NCBI GenBank assembly: GCA_037441845.1
Contig: JBBIRK010000001.1
Location: 337,284-401,283, forward strand
Origin: Candidatus Zixiibacteriota bacterium
Lineage (GTDB): Bacteria > Zixibacteria > MSB-5A5 > UBA10806 > 4484-95
Length of the DNA stretch: 64,000 bases
Direction: 5' to 3'
Shown in pieces: positions 39,086 through 48,314 of this stretch. Made by a program: the position numbers and the translations under genes. Each line of letters starts with the position of its first letter. The first letter of the stretch is position 1. The notes beneath the pieces were generated by a model. It was not told the origin of the DNA. It saw only the letters and a program-made list of their open reading frames with translations, and did no database searches.

Positions 39086-41263
39086 ATGAGATCCGCAAAA
39101 TTGTTTCTCTTGGTATTGTTGATTGGCATATCAGCGTTGGGAACTTCGGCCGGCGCTGATACTTTGACCATCCTTCATGTCAACGATTCGCATTCCCACC
39201 TATTGCCATACGGCCCGCGCGATGCCGCCGGTAATCACACTCTGGGCGGGATGGCACGCCTGGCGACCATGATCGGTATGCAGAGAATGACGGAACCGAA
39301 CGTTTTGTTGTTCCATTCCGGTGATTTTTTCGTGGGCGACTTCATGTTCCAGAAATATCTCGGCATAGCCGAGCTGGAGATTATGAAAGCACTCGATTTC
39401 GACGCGCTCGAACTCGGCAATCATGAATTCGACCTGTATCCGCAGACGCTGGCCTATGTTTTATCCCAAGCCGGATTTCCGCAAAACGGTTTTCCCTTGC
39501 TTTGCGCCAATCTCGACCTTTCCGGTTATCCGGATTTGGGCTATTTCGTGCGGCCTTATATTGTCATGGATATCGGAGCGACAAGGGTGGGCGTTTTCGG
39601 ACTATTGACCGATATGGCCAATCAGATATCGAACCCGGCACCGGTTACGGTTTTGCCGCCGATCCCCGCTGCTGCAATTTGGATTGACAGCCTGAGGAAC
39701 GGCCACAGCTGCGATATAGTCATTTTGCTGTCGCACTTGGGGATTGATACTGACCAACTGCTCGCCTCGACGATCCCTGGTATCGACATCATCTTGGGCG
39801 GCCACAGCCACACCGAAATAAATCAGCCGATCCTAATAGGCGGCACACTGATAGTTCAGGCGAAAGAGTTTTACCGTTACCTCGGCAAGTTAAAAATCGT
39901 CGTCACCGGCGGCGATATCCAAAGCTGGAATTACGAACTGTTGCCGATCGATTCCTCGGTGCCGCCGGAGCCGACGCTCGAGGCGATGATAAACACTCTT
40001 GTCGCCGGTGTGGAAATAGATCCACGGTTCGGCCCGGTTTACTCGCAAATGATCGCTCAGGCCGGATGCGATATTAAGAAAGAGCTTGGCGATGGTATCT
40101 GCCGCGACAACGGCTTGGGCGCACTGGTGGCCGAGGCGTTGAGGACTGCGGCCGGCACGGATATCGCTTTTCAACCGCAAGGTTTTATTTCGCAAACCCT
40201 TTTCGCCGGAGCTCTATCCGGATCGGACATCTTTCAGGCGGTTCCTTATGGTTTCGATCAGATCTCGGGCCTCGGATTCAAGATGGCCACATTCGAGCTG
40301 AACGGACTATCGATAATCGCCGGCCTCGAGTTCTCGGTTTATAATATGCCTTACATGGAGGACTTCTTCCTGCATTGTTCCAATCTCGCCTACGCCTATA
40401 ACTCTGCCGATGACCCGGGTAGCAGAATAAAATATTCCTCGTTGCGGGTTGGTGGAAGACTGCTCAATCCATTCGCCACGTATTCGGTGGCCGTGCCGGA
40501 GGGCGTGATACCGTTTCTGAGCCAGATCCCCGGATTCCAGATGGATAATCTGGTGATTACCGACCAGTTCATTTACGACGTGGTGAAAAATTACATCGTT
40601 GCCAACTCGCCGGTGGTATTTTACAGCGATGGACGAGCGATGGATTTGGCGCTTCTTAACCCACCTGTCGACGGCACCGTGAAACTTTCTGATGTCGTCA
40701 GGCTTTTCGGCCAAAATGGTTTCATAAACGATGCGGCCGCGGTCGATAATCTCTGTAATCAACTTCGCATCACAAGATACTATCTCGGACGCGATCGGGA
40801 GCTGGCGGCGATACTCAGCTTGTACGCGTTTAAAGCCAAGGTTAGATTCTACCAGCTGCGTCGGAATATCGATGCTGTCGGCGCAGGCAGATTGATTCTG
40901 TTGGCCGATCAATTGATCGACAATATCATCCCGGGCTTCCCCAAGGAAAGCGCAACGGAAGTTGCGGAAACGGAACCGATTCCGCAGCAATTCATACTGA
41001 TGCAAAATTACCCGAATCCGTTCAACCCCAGCACCGAAATAACCTACTATTTGCCGCAGGATTCCAGAACAACGCTTGCGATCTATGATATTGCCGGAAG
41101 AGAGGTAAGAGTCTTGGCCGACGAATACCAGGAGGCCGGCATTCATTCGATTTCTTGGGACGGGCGCGATCGGAACGGGTGTCATGTCGCCAGCGGCGTC
41201 TATTTCTATCGTCTCAAGGCCGGCGATTTCGCGGAAACGAAAAAGATGAGTATAGTCCGCTGA
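39086..41263 (+). CDS. Secreted 5'-nucleotidase/metallophosphoesterase with a helical accessory domain and C-terminal FlgD-Ig/sorting-type domain
   Basis: HVNDSHSH, SGDFF, GNHEFD, SHLG, GGHSH; C-terminal QNYPNPFNP...WDGRD...SGVYFYRL. Confidence 0.92.
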   Translation: MRSAKLFLLVLLIGISALGTSAGADTLTILHVNDSHSHLLPYGPRDAAGNHTLGGMARLATMIGMQRMTEPNVLLFHSGDFFVGDFMFQKYLGIAELEIMKALDFDALELGNHEFDLYPQTLAYVLSQAGFPQNGFPLLCANLDLSGYPDLGYFVRPYIVMDIGATRVGVFGLLTDMANQISNPAPVTVLPPIPAAAIWIDSLRNGHSCDIVILLSHLGIDTDQLLASTIPGIDIILGGHSHTEINQPILIGGTLIVQAKEFYRYLGKLKIVVTGGDIQSWNYELLPIDSSVPPEPTLEAMINTLVAGVEIDPRFGPVYSQMIAQAGCDIKKELGDGICRDNGLGALVAEALRTAAGTDIAFQPQGFISQTLFAGALSGSDIFQAVPYGFDQISGLGFKMATFELNGLSIIAGLEFSVYNMPYMEDFFLHCSNLAYAYNSADDPGSRIKYSSLRVGGRLLNPFATYSVAVPEGVIPFLSQIPGFQMDNLVITDQFIYDVVKNYIVANSPVVFYSDGRAMDLALLNPPVDGTVKLSDVVRLFGQNGFINDAAAVDNLCNQLRITRYYLGRDRELAAILSLYAFKAKVRFYQLRRNIDAVGAGRLILLADQLIDNIIPGFPKESATEVAETEPIPQQFILMQNYPNPFNPSTEITYYLPQDSRTTLAIYDIAGREVRVLADEYQEAGIHSISWDGRDRNGCHVASGVYFYRLKAGDFAETKKMSIVR

Positions 41264-41288
41264 TGTCACAAAGACGGGTATCTTTCAT

Positions 41289-41318
41289 GCGGGCGGCCTT
41301 ATGCGCCGCCCGTTTTTT
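41289..41318 (+). terminator. Rho-independent terminator
   Basis: CGGGCGGC-loop-GCCGCCCG followed by T6. Confidence 0.85.
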
Positions 41319-41319
41319 G

Positions 41320-41348
41320 TTGCATTGTGAGATGCAGGTTGATATTCT
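41320..41348 (+). promoter_or_regulatory. sigma70-type promoter, leaderless geometry (radical SAM gene)
   Basis: TTGCAT-N17-TATTCT-N6-ATG(41355). Confidence 0.65.
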
Positions 41349-41354
41349 CAATCG

Positions 41355-42233
41355 ATGTTCACCGGATTGCATTTCCTTTTAACCTATACCTGCCTATTCA
41401 AGTGCGATCATTGTTTTCTGTATTGCGGACCCGAGGCGAAAGGGACTTTTACGTTCGCCGAAATAGATGACGCCCTTCGACAGGCGATCGATGCGGGAAT
41501 CGATACGGTTTTTTTCGAAGGCGGTGAGCCGTTCTTGTATTATCCCATAATGCTCGAATCGGTGCGGCGGGCGAAACGGCTCGGGCTATGGGTCGGAATT
41601 GTCACCAATGGATATTGGGCGACAGCTTTGGATGATGCCGAATTGTGGTTGAAACCGCTTAAAGTCGCCGGGCTCGACGAACTGACGATTTCCAATGATG
41701 AATATCATTCCGACGAACCCTCGAGAGGCACAACCGATAACGCCCTGACCGCGGCAAAAAGCCTGGGAATAAATACGTCATGTATTTGGGTCGATCAGCC
41801 CGAGAGCGCGGATACCGAATGCAACGATCATGTGAAAGTCATGTTCAAGGGACGGGCTGTCGAATTAACCGAAAGCGTGCGCCGGCGGCAATATTCGGTT
41901 TTCCGCGAGTGTCCGCATGAAAATCTGGCCGAGCCCGAACGCGCGCATCTCGATCCTTTCGGCAACGTCTTCGTCTGCCAAGGATTGTCGATCGGGAATA
42001 TCCGCGAAAAAAGCCTGAAAAAAATCAAACGCGATTATCGGCCCCAAGACCATCCTATAATCGGCCCGTTGCTGCGCGGCGGTCCGGCGGAACTGGCGGA
42101 AATATACGGTCTTCCACAGGGAACCGATTACGCCGATCATTGCCATCTTTGCTTTCTAATCCGAAAGGAACTTTTAAGCATGTTTCCCCAATATCTTTGT
42201 CCGGCGCAGGTCTACGGGATTTCCGACAGGTGA
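41355..42233 (+). CDS. Radical SAM protein with a C-terminal Cys-rich (SPASM/twitch-like) region
   Basis: CLFKCDHC (CxxxCxxC), GGEPF, VTNGYW; additional Cys in ECP...VCQG...HCHLC. Confidence 0.9.
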   Translation: MFTGLHFLLTYTCLFKCDHCFLYCGPEAKGTFTFAEIDDALRQAIDAGIDTVFFEGGEPFLYYPIMLESVRRAKRLGLWVGIVTNGYWATALDDAELWLKPLKVAGLDELTISNDEYHSDEPSRGTTDNALTAAKSLGINTSCIWVDQPESADTECNDHVKVMFKGRAVELTESVRRRQYSVFRECPHENLAEPERAHLDPFGNVFVCQGLSIGNIREKSLKKIKRDYRPQDHPIIGPLLRGGPAELAEIYGLPQGTDYADHCHLCFLIRKELLSMFPQYLCPAQVYGISDR

Positions 42234-42265
42234 ATGCAGAAAAAAGCGGGATGGGCAATAGGTTG

Positions 42266-42592
42266 TTACGATTTCAAATCTATCTCGATGCCCGTATTTA
42301 TTATCGAATAAAGAAGCGGCAACCAATTGTCGCGCTCAAAATCCTCGGGTGAATAAGCAACCGGCTCGATCCGCTCGTCAATTCGGCTTGCCAGACGGCT
42401 CAATGTCCTCTTGGTCTCGAAATCGGTGCGCTGAAGTCCCTCGATTATCAGCGCCAGGTCTATGTCCGCCGACTCCGTGGAATCACCTCGCGCCCGTGAG
42501 CCATAGAGGATCGCCCGTTTCACCGGAAAACCTTCTTTGAGCAGAAGCCGCAAGTAGTCGAGGATTATCCGTTTAATTTCCTGATCAACCAT
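42266..42592 (-). CDS. Minimal nucleotidyltransferase (MNT) antitoxin
   Basis: LYGSRARGD...ADIDL motif; GGAGG before ATG 42592; overlaps the HEPN gene. Confidence 0.88.
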   Translation of the reverse strand: MVDQEIKRIILDYLRLLLKEGFPVKRAILYGSRARGDSTESADIDLALIIEGLQRTDFETKRTLSRLASRIDERIEPVAYSPEDFERDNWLPLLYSIINTGIEIDLKS

Positions 42593-42972
42593 TGAAAGAC
42601 GCCCTCCATTTCCTCGAGCGTGCGTTGGGTGAATTCCGGGGTGCAATGCTCGTAGAATTCGAACAGATAATCGGGGTAGCGCGTTTGTATATGAAAGCCG
42701 GCATAACCCGCCAGCTTCTCGATCAGATCGGCCGGCAACTCACCCCGCATTTGCCTTGCCAAAAGCGTGAGCGAATGCGTCTGCGGCGCGTGACGTCGGG
42801 TTCGCTTTACGTAGAGCGCTTTGAGGGCTTTTTCCAGAGCCATGTGAGCCAGAAATAAAGCGTAAGGGTAACGGCCCACCTTATATACGTCATGCGCCGA
42901 TTCCATGTCGTATTTTGCGCCGTCAAGCCAATAGGATACCGCTTTGGCGATATCGAAATCGCGCCGTTTCAT
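42565..42972 (-). CDS. HEPN-domain protein
   Basis: WLDGAKYD, YALFLAHMALEKALKA, THSL, TRYPD; paired with MNT. Confidence 0.88.
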   Translation of the reverse strand: MKRRDFDIAKAVSYWLDGAKYDMESAHDVYKVGRYPYALFLAHMALEKALKALYVKRTRRHAPQTHSLTLLARQMRGELPADLIEKLAGYAGFHIQTRYPDYLFEFYEHCTPEFTQRTLEEMEGVFQWLIRKLNG

Positions 42973-42978
42973 TAATTT

Positions 42979-43007
42979 AATATATCAGGAGGAGATGCGA
43001 TAGTCAA
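42979..43007 (-). promoter_or_regulatory. sigma70-type promoter, leaderless geometry (HEPN-MNT)
   Basis: TTGACT-N17-TATATT-N6-ATG(42972). Confidence 0.75.
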
Positions 43008-43152
43008 TGACGGCGCCCACGGAAAAGCGCAGAACACTGCCGGCAATCCGGTCGCGGCCTACGGCAGCATGGTGAGGCTGCGGAAAATAGTTGCTTCAGG
43101 CACGGGAAGATTTATATTTTTATAGCTGGCAGCTAATGTAAGTTTCTGACAC

Positions 43153-43314
43153 AGGCCTACAAAGTTCTTTATGGTCGCCCCCGGCACCCACAACGGCATA
43201 ACCGTGCAGGGGATCGGGATCGAGAACTCCATGCGGGTGATTTATGGACTGACAAGAATGGATGGCGCTTTCGACTTCTATTTACTCATTACTTGGTTGT
43301 CGGCAAAAATATGA
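43153..43314 (+). pseudogene. Possible relic fragment of an M4 (thermolysin-like) peptidase C-terminal domain
   Basis: Frame reads RPTKFFMVAPGTHNGITVQGIGIENSMRVIY, resembling the M4_C motif NKxFYLLxxGGTHNGxTVxGIGxxxAxxIxY. Confidence 0.5.
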
Positions 43315-43348
43315 GCGCATCTCCCCCTTTTATCAGCGATCAATTTAC

Positions 43349-43376
43349 TTGACATCCTCGCCGTCGCCGATACTAT
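43349..43376 (+). promoter_or_regulatory. sigma70 promoter
   Basis: TTGACA-N16-TACTAT. Confidence 0.7.
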
Positions 43377-43430
43377 CATATTGCAATCGGCCGAAAAGAC
43401 CCGCTTTTTCTTATCGGCCAGGTGATGCCA

Positions 43431-45713
43431 ATGATGATCCCATCCCCTTTACGCGCCGATCTCGATATCTCGCCGCAGGAAACCGCCGAGGGAAAAGTAT
43501 TCGTAATCAGAAATCCCGATAGCGGCAAATATTATCGTTTCCGCGAGAAAGAATTCTTTCTCGCCGGCCAGTTCGACGGCATCAGCGATTTCGAGCAAAT
43601 CGCCCTAAAATTCGAAGCCCGATTCGGCGAGCAGCCGCCGATTCGAGCTATTGAGCAGTTCGCCGCCCAGTTGGCATCCATAGGGCTTTTGCAAGGGTCA
43701 TCGCCTGGTGTAAAAATAGCGGGATCCGAAACCCGACGTCCTCTGCTTCCCCGACTGCTCTTCATAAAAATCAAAGCGTTGAATCCGGAAAAATTTATCG
43801 CCGGAACCTACCGGTTCATAAAACCGCTCTATTCCCATTACGCATATGTTGCCTATATTTTTATGGTCCTGATCGCCGCCGTACTGACTATCGCCGATTA
43901 CGAAGAGCTTCTTTACCAAGGCAAAAAAGTGCTGGGGCCGCAAGCGGTGCTGTTGATCTACCTGATAACCATAGTTGTCACTTTCATCCACGAATTATCG
44001 CATTCCTACGCATGTCATAAATACGGCGGCAAAGTGAACGATATGGGGTTGCTGTTGCTTTATTTTCTGCCCTGCTTCTACACCGACGTTTCCAGCTCTT
44101 ATATGTTCGCCGACCGCAAAAAAAGACTGGCGGTGACGCTGGCCGGCATCGTCAGCCAGATCGTGGTCTGGGCCCTTGCCGTGATTATCTGGCGGATCAC
44201 CGAAATCGACACATTTGTAAATAAGGTCGCTTTTCTTATAATCGCTCTGTCGTTTGTCGGCATATCTTTCAATCTGAACCCGCTTCTACGTCTCGATGGC
44301 TACTACGTTCTGGCCGATCTCTGGGAAATACCGAACCTCAGGCGCAAGGCGTTCACCTATATCAGGCAGAAAATAATCGGGCTCGGCGAAAACGAAATCG
44401 TGTTGGAACCGCCCTCACGGCTGCGCCGCAAATTGATTATCTACGGCCTTGCGGCGATGATTTATTCGGTTGCCTTTTTCGGTTATATTTTTTACCATCT
44501 CGGTCAATTCGTTCATGCCCATCTCGGCGGCCCGGCAGTGGCGTTGATGATTTTGCTGTTGATTTATTTGGCCTACGATGGCATGAAAAAAGGGATGATT
44601 CTGAAAGCGCTTTACAACCAACGCGGCGCCATTATGCGCCCCAGACGATTGCTGATCCTCGGAACCATATTAACAGCGGCGATCCTCAGTCTGATTTTCG
44701 TAAAAGTTGAATTTCGTATTACCGCCAACTGCCTGATTCTTCCCCGCGAACAAGCCAGTCTCAAAATAACCTCTCCGGGTTCGGCCGAGATGCTCATACA
44801 GAAAGCCAACGAAGAAACGGCACTGAAACAGTATCAGCTTATTTCGCAAGAGTTCTCCGTCCTTTCGATTACGCCTTTGCTTAAGGTGGGTGATTCGGTG
44901 AAAGCAGGCGATCTGATTGCCAGCATCAAATCGAATATCTATGAGGCAGAGCGTCGGGAACGATACGCCAATCTCGAACGGGCGAAACGGCAGCTAGAAC
45001 TTCTCGAACGAGGACCGCAAATTGAGGAAATCAGGCAGACCGAGGATATACTACGGCAGACCAGGTTCAAGGCTGAAAAAGCGCTCATCGATCTTAATCG
45101 CGCCGAAAGCTTGTTCGCCAAGGGGATGATCCCGAAAGATGAGCTGGAGCAAAAAAGAACCCAAAGTCAGGTGGCCAAAGCCGAATCCGATTTTTACCAG
45201 AATCAATTGACGTTGTTGAAACGGGGGGCACGGCCCGAGGAAATCGAGATGGCGCGCGCGCAGGTAGATCAGCTTGCCGCCAGAATCAGCCATCTTGAAA
45301 GTCAGATCGAACAGACGTCGGTCCAATCGCCTATTGCCGGTGTGGTGACTCAGGTTTCCGAAAGCACGACGGTGATAACGATAGCCAGAACCGACACGAT
45401 GAGGCTGCGGATTTTCGTGTCGGAAAAAGAAATCGCCGCGGTAACCCCGGGAAGCGCGGTTAAGGCAAGGATGCATTCATTCCCGGACAAGACCTACGCG
45501 GGAGAAGTTCTTAAAATAGATCCTTTGGTCATCGAGGATGACCGCGAGCGGCAGGTCGTAATAGTAACCGCCGGCATCGCCAACGAATACGGCGACCTAA
45601 AGCCGGGCATGACCGGTAAAGCCAAGATCAATTGCGGCAAAAGACGCCTCGGCGGCATAATCCTATGGCATATTTTCCGCCAGCTCAGATTGGAATTCTG
45701 GTCATGGTGGTAA
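43431..45713 (+). CDS. PqqD/RRE-like domain + M50 (site-2) zinc protease + HlyD-type membrane fusion protein
   Basis: N-terminal VIRNPDSGKYYRF...FDG...LASIGLL; IHELSH and NLNPLLRLDGY; coiled coil; SPIAGVV; LKPGMTGKAKI. Start between 43422 and 43434. Confidence 0.88.
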   Translation: MMIPSPLRADLDISPQETAEGKVFVIRNPDSGKYYRFREKEFFLAGQFDGISDFEQIALKFEARFGEQPPIRAIEQFAAQLASIGLLQGSSPGVKIAGSETRRPLLPRLLFIKIKALNPEKFIAGTYRFIKPLYSHYAYVAYIFMVLIAAVLTIADYEELLYQGKKVLGPQAVLLIYLITIVVTFIHELSHSYACHKYGGKVNDMGLLLLYFLPCFYTDVSSSYMFADRKKRLAVTLAGIVSQIVVWALAVIIWRITEIDTFVNKVAFLIIALSFVGISFNLNPLLRLDGYYVLADLWEIPNLRRKAFTYIRQKIIGLGENEIVLEPPSRLRRKLIIYGLAAMIYSVAFFGYIFYHLGQFVHAHLGGPAVALMILLLIYLAYDGMKKGMILKALYNQRGAIMRPRRLLILGTILTAAILSLIFVKVEFRITANCLILPREQASLKITSPGSAEMLIQKANEETALKQYQLISQEFSVLSITPLLKVGDSVKAGDLIASIKSNIYEAERRERYANLERAKRQLELLERGPQIEEIRQTEDILRQTRFKAEKALIDLNRAESLFAKGMIPKDELEQKRTQSQVAKAESDFYQNQLTLLKRGARPEEIEMARAQVDQLAARISHLESQIEQTSVQSPIAGVVTQVSESTTVITIARTDTMRLRIFVSEKEIAAVTPGSAVKARMHSFPDKTYAGEVLKIDPLVIEDDRERQVVIVTAGIANEYGDLKPGMTGKAKINCGKRRLGGIILWHIFRQLRLEFWSWW

Positions 45714-45720
45714 ATTAGAT

Positions 45721-46647
45721 ATGCCTACGCGCAGCGCCCGCTCCCTCCGGACAAGCGATATAGTATATAGACCTTGTCGCCAGAACGACCTTGTGCCCGC
45801 GATAAAGCTCGTATTGCGCAGTCTCAATCATTTGCGGCGCGCCACAGGCAAAAAACCGATTCGCCCTCGGCTAAAAAAAATCCCCCCGCTCTGGTCACAC
45901 CTTTTCCGCACGGATCGCCCGCGGTTCTGGAGCGCCTGGCACAAAGGGAAAATGGTCGGTTTCACTGCGGCTCTGCAGCGAGGGAAACAATGGTATCTTG
46001 CTTATCTTTTCGTGGATCCTCGATATCAGGATCGAAAAATCGGCGGATTTCTGCTGGAAAAAGTCTGGCGCGACGGCCCGGGATACACTCACTCGCTGGC
46101 GACATTCTCGTTCAACATGAAAGCGGTCGGCCTCTACAGCCAATTCGGATTGACTCCGATCTGCGGTTTCCCGATGATGACCGCCGTCCGCTCGAAATTG
46201 CGATTGGATAAAAAACCGGCTCTGACCGCTAAGAAGCCGATCGGTCGCAGCGACCTAAAATGGATAATCGCTCTTGAAAAGAAAATTCGCGGTTATCAAA
46301 GACCTCAAGAATGGGGTTTTTGGAAAAATCAAGAAAATTTCACCATCAATCTTTTCCGCGACGGCCGAAGAAATGTGGGGTACAGCCTGGTTTCCGACGA
46401 AGGTCTTATCGGCCCGGCAGGCGCCATAAGTGGGAAATATCTTCTGCAGGTGATCGATTCGTCGATCAAGACCTGTCCGCCCAAGAAAGGAAGGGAATTC
46501 TACCTCTGGTGCCCGGCGACAAATATGAAGCTTTATCGTTTTCTTATTGAAAAAGGATTCAGGTGTCAGGAGATGGAGCTTTTCATGTCGGATAAAGATT
46601 ACCCGGATTTCAGCCGATACGTTCCCGCGATGTTGGCTTTACTTTGA
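45721..46647 (+). CDS. GNAT-family acetyltransferase (tandem fold)
   Basis: LFVDPRYQDRKIG acetyl-CoA motif, AVGLYSQFG; second degenerate GNAT half. Confidence 0.8.
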   Translation: MPTRSARSLRTSDIVYRPCRQNDLVPAIKLVLRSLNHLRRATGKKPIRPRLKKIPPLWSHLFRTDRPRFWSAWHKGKMVGFTAALQRGKQWYLAYLFVDPRYQDRKIGGFLLEKVWRDGPGYTHSLATFSFNMKAVGLYSQFGLTPICGFPMMTAVRSKLRLDKKPALTAKKPIGRSDLKWIIALEKKIRGYQRPQEWGFWKNQENFTINLFRDGRRNVGYSLVSDEGLIGPAGAISGKYLLQVIDSSIKTCPPKKGREFYLWCPATNMKLYRFLIEKGFRCQEMELFMSDKDYPDFSRYVPAMLALL

Positions 46648-46724
46648 TTTTCTCTATCATCTCCAATTTTATATCAAGATTCGGTTGATCTCACGATGAC
46701 CCGTCGCGCGTTTGCGATATACGC

Positions 46725-46756
46725 AAAAAAGCCCGCCGGCATGATACCGGCAGGCT
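46725..46756 (-). terminator. Rho-independent terminator
   Basis: A6 followed by the hairpin GCCCGCCGG-loop-CCGGCAGGC. Confidence 0.75.
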
Positions 46757-46788
46757 GGAAAATTCGGCTGGATAACGGCCGATAAAGG

Positions 46789-48207
46789 TTAATCCTCGCA
46801 ATGACCCGGACCGATTAGGCCGTTGCTGTAGTCATCGAGGTCTCCATGCCAATCGAGCACCATTTGCTGTTCCGCTGCGCTCATACCGGCCCAATCAAGA
46901 TGGTTGTGAGTGGACAAAAATTCATCAGCGGCGGTGATGACCCCCGCCACATCGGTCATGCTTGCGCCGGCCGCCACGTTCAATTTGGCTCCGAGCAACT
47001 GCGCATAGAGCTTCGTGATTCCGTTTTCCGGCGTTCCGTAGACATTCTGATTAAGAATATTCACAGCCATTACGTTCGTGGTTACATTAAGGCTCTTAGC
47101 GCCACCGGCAGTCCCAAGCCACAAGGGCAAAAGAGGCGTAACCATGTTGGCCTGATTACCGCGGCCGAGACCGGCGTGATTTTTCCAGTAGCCGATCGTT
47201 CTGGTGCAACCGAGTTGAGGAGTACGATAAAGCCCGGCGTCCCAGGTCAAGTCGGTTTCGCCGGCCTCAAGCGTCGTGCATATGGTCATACCGGTGTTGA
47301 TGTCGGCATCGCTGTCGCGGGTGTCATCACCGCCCTGATCGTTCGCGCTGAATATATAACCGGCCGGGACGATAAAATGAACATTATAGTTCCCCGGGAC
47401 GAGATTATCGAAAAGATAATACCCGTTGGCATCGGTTACGGTGGCGCCTACAAGATTTACCGCGCAATCGTATAAATGCACAGCCACACCGGCGAATCCC
47501 GGCTCACCGGAATTCTGAATGCCGTTCATATTGACATCGTGCCAGACGAAATCCCCCAAGGCGGCGGGACGCGGCGCCACTTCAAGATCGAATTTAATCA
47601 GGCTCTGCTTTTCCAAATCGGTCTCGCTGGCCCAACCCGTATATAGATAATTACCGGCGAAATTGGTATTAGGCTCAATCTGCCAGATATAGGCATCAGC
47701 GATCGCAATGGTCGTATCGCTGACCGGCCCATCGGGATTGGTGTAATAAATGCGCAAATAAGGTTTGTAAACGTGTTCGCGGCTTAAAAATACCGCACGG
47801 GGATAAGTTTGGTTCACCTGGTCAAGCAAGAGGCCGTAATTCGGGTATGATCCGTTCAACCAACCAAGCACCAGCGGACTGATATTCACCGATGTTCAGC
47901 CGCCTGAGGCAACGACAAGAGAGCCCATCACCGCCGCATCGTAGGCGCCGCCGAAATTATTCCAAGTTATACTCGCCCCACTCCAATCCGCGGTTACGCG
48001 ATGAACGTCAACCGTCTGCCCGTTGGGAATATTGACATAGATGAACATGCTGGCTGAATCGATTGAAGCACCGGTGGGCAACGTAAAACGGGGCGCCAAA
48101 CCTCCGGACTCCCTGTTTTCCGGCGCGACAGGCAGGTGATTCTGGCAGCCTATGCCTATAATGGCAATTAGCGTCATTATGGCAATTAGCGTGACTTTCT
48201 TGAACAT
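46789..48207 (-). pseudogene. Lipoprotein with DNRLRE-like, SdrD-B-like and C-terminal TxGYWKNH domains, interrupted by an in-frame TGA at 47896-47898
   Basis: AGGAGG RBS, lipobox IGIGC. ORFs 48207-47896 and 47889-46789 are in the same frame: SGG*TSVNISPLVLGW. LGDFVWHDVN...TDANGYYLF...DSDAD...WDAGL is SdrD-B-like. Confidence 0.8.
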
Positions 48208-48260
48208 GGCTTCACCTCCTGATGGAACTTTAATTAGATTTCATTAAACATAAATATAAG

Positions 48261-48277
48261 TGCAATCTTTGTGCCAA
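48261..48277 (-). promoter_or_regulatory. sigma54 (-24/-12) promoter
   Basis: TTGGCAC-AAAGA-TTGCA, about 55 nt upstream of ATG 48207. Confidence 0.85.
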
Positions 48278-48314
48278 AATCATTTATTTTAGCAATATTG
48301 CTTTTTATGCTATA

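Noticed and set aside
47860..47898. Selenocysteine or genome-wide TGA recoding as the explanation for the in-frame TGA
   Set aside because: The position corresponds to Trp rather than Cys, and only a weak 5-6 bp hairpin follows. Many intact genes here end in TGA, including ATGA-coupled pairs, so TGA is a normal stop.
48161..48196. 18-nt tandem duplication in the lipoprotein signal peptide (TLIAIM/TLIAII)
   Set aside because: Real, but only two in-frame copies; no evidence of phase variation.
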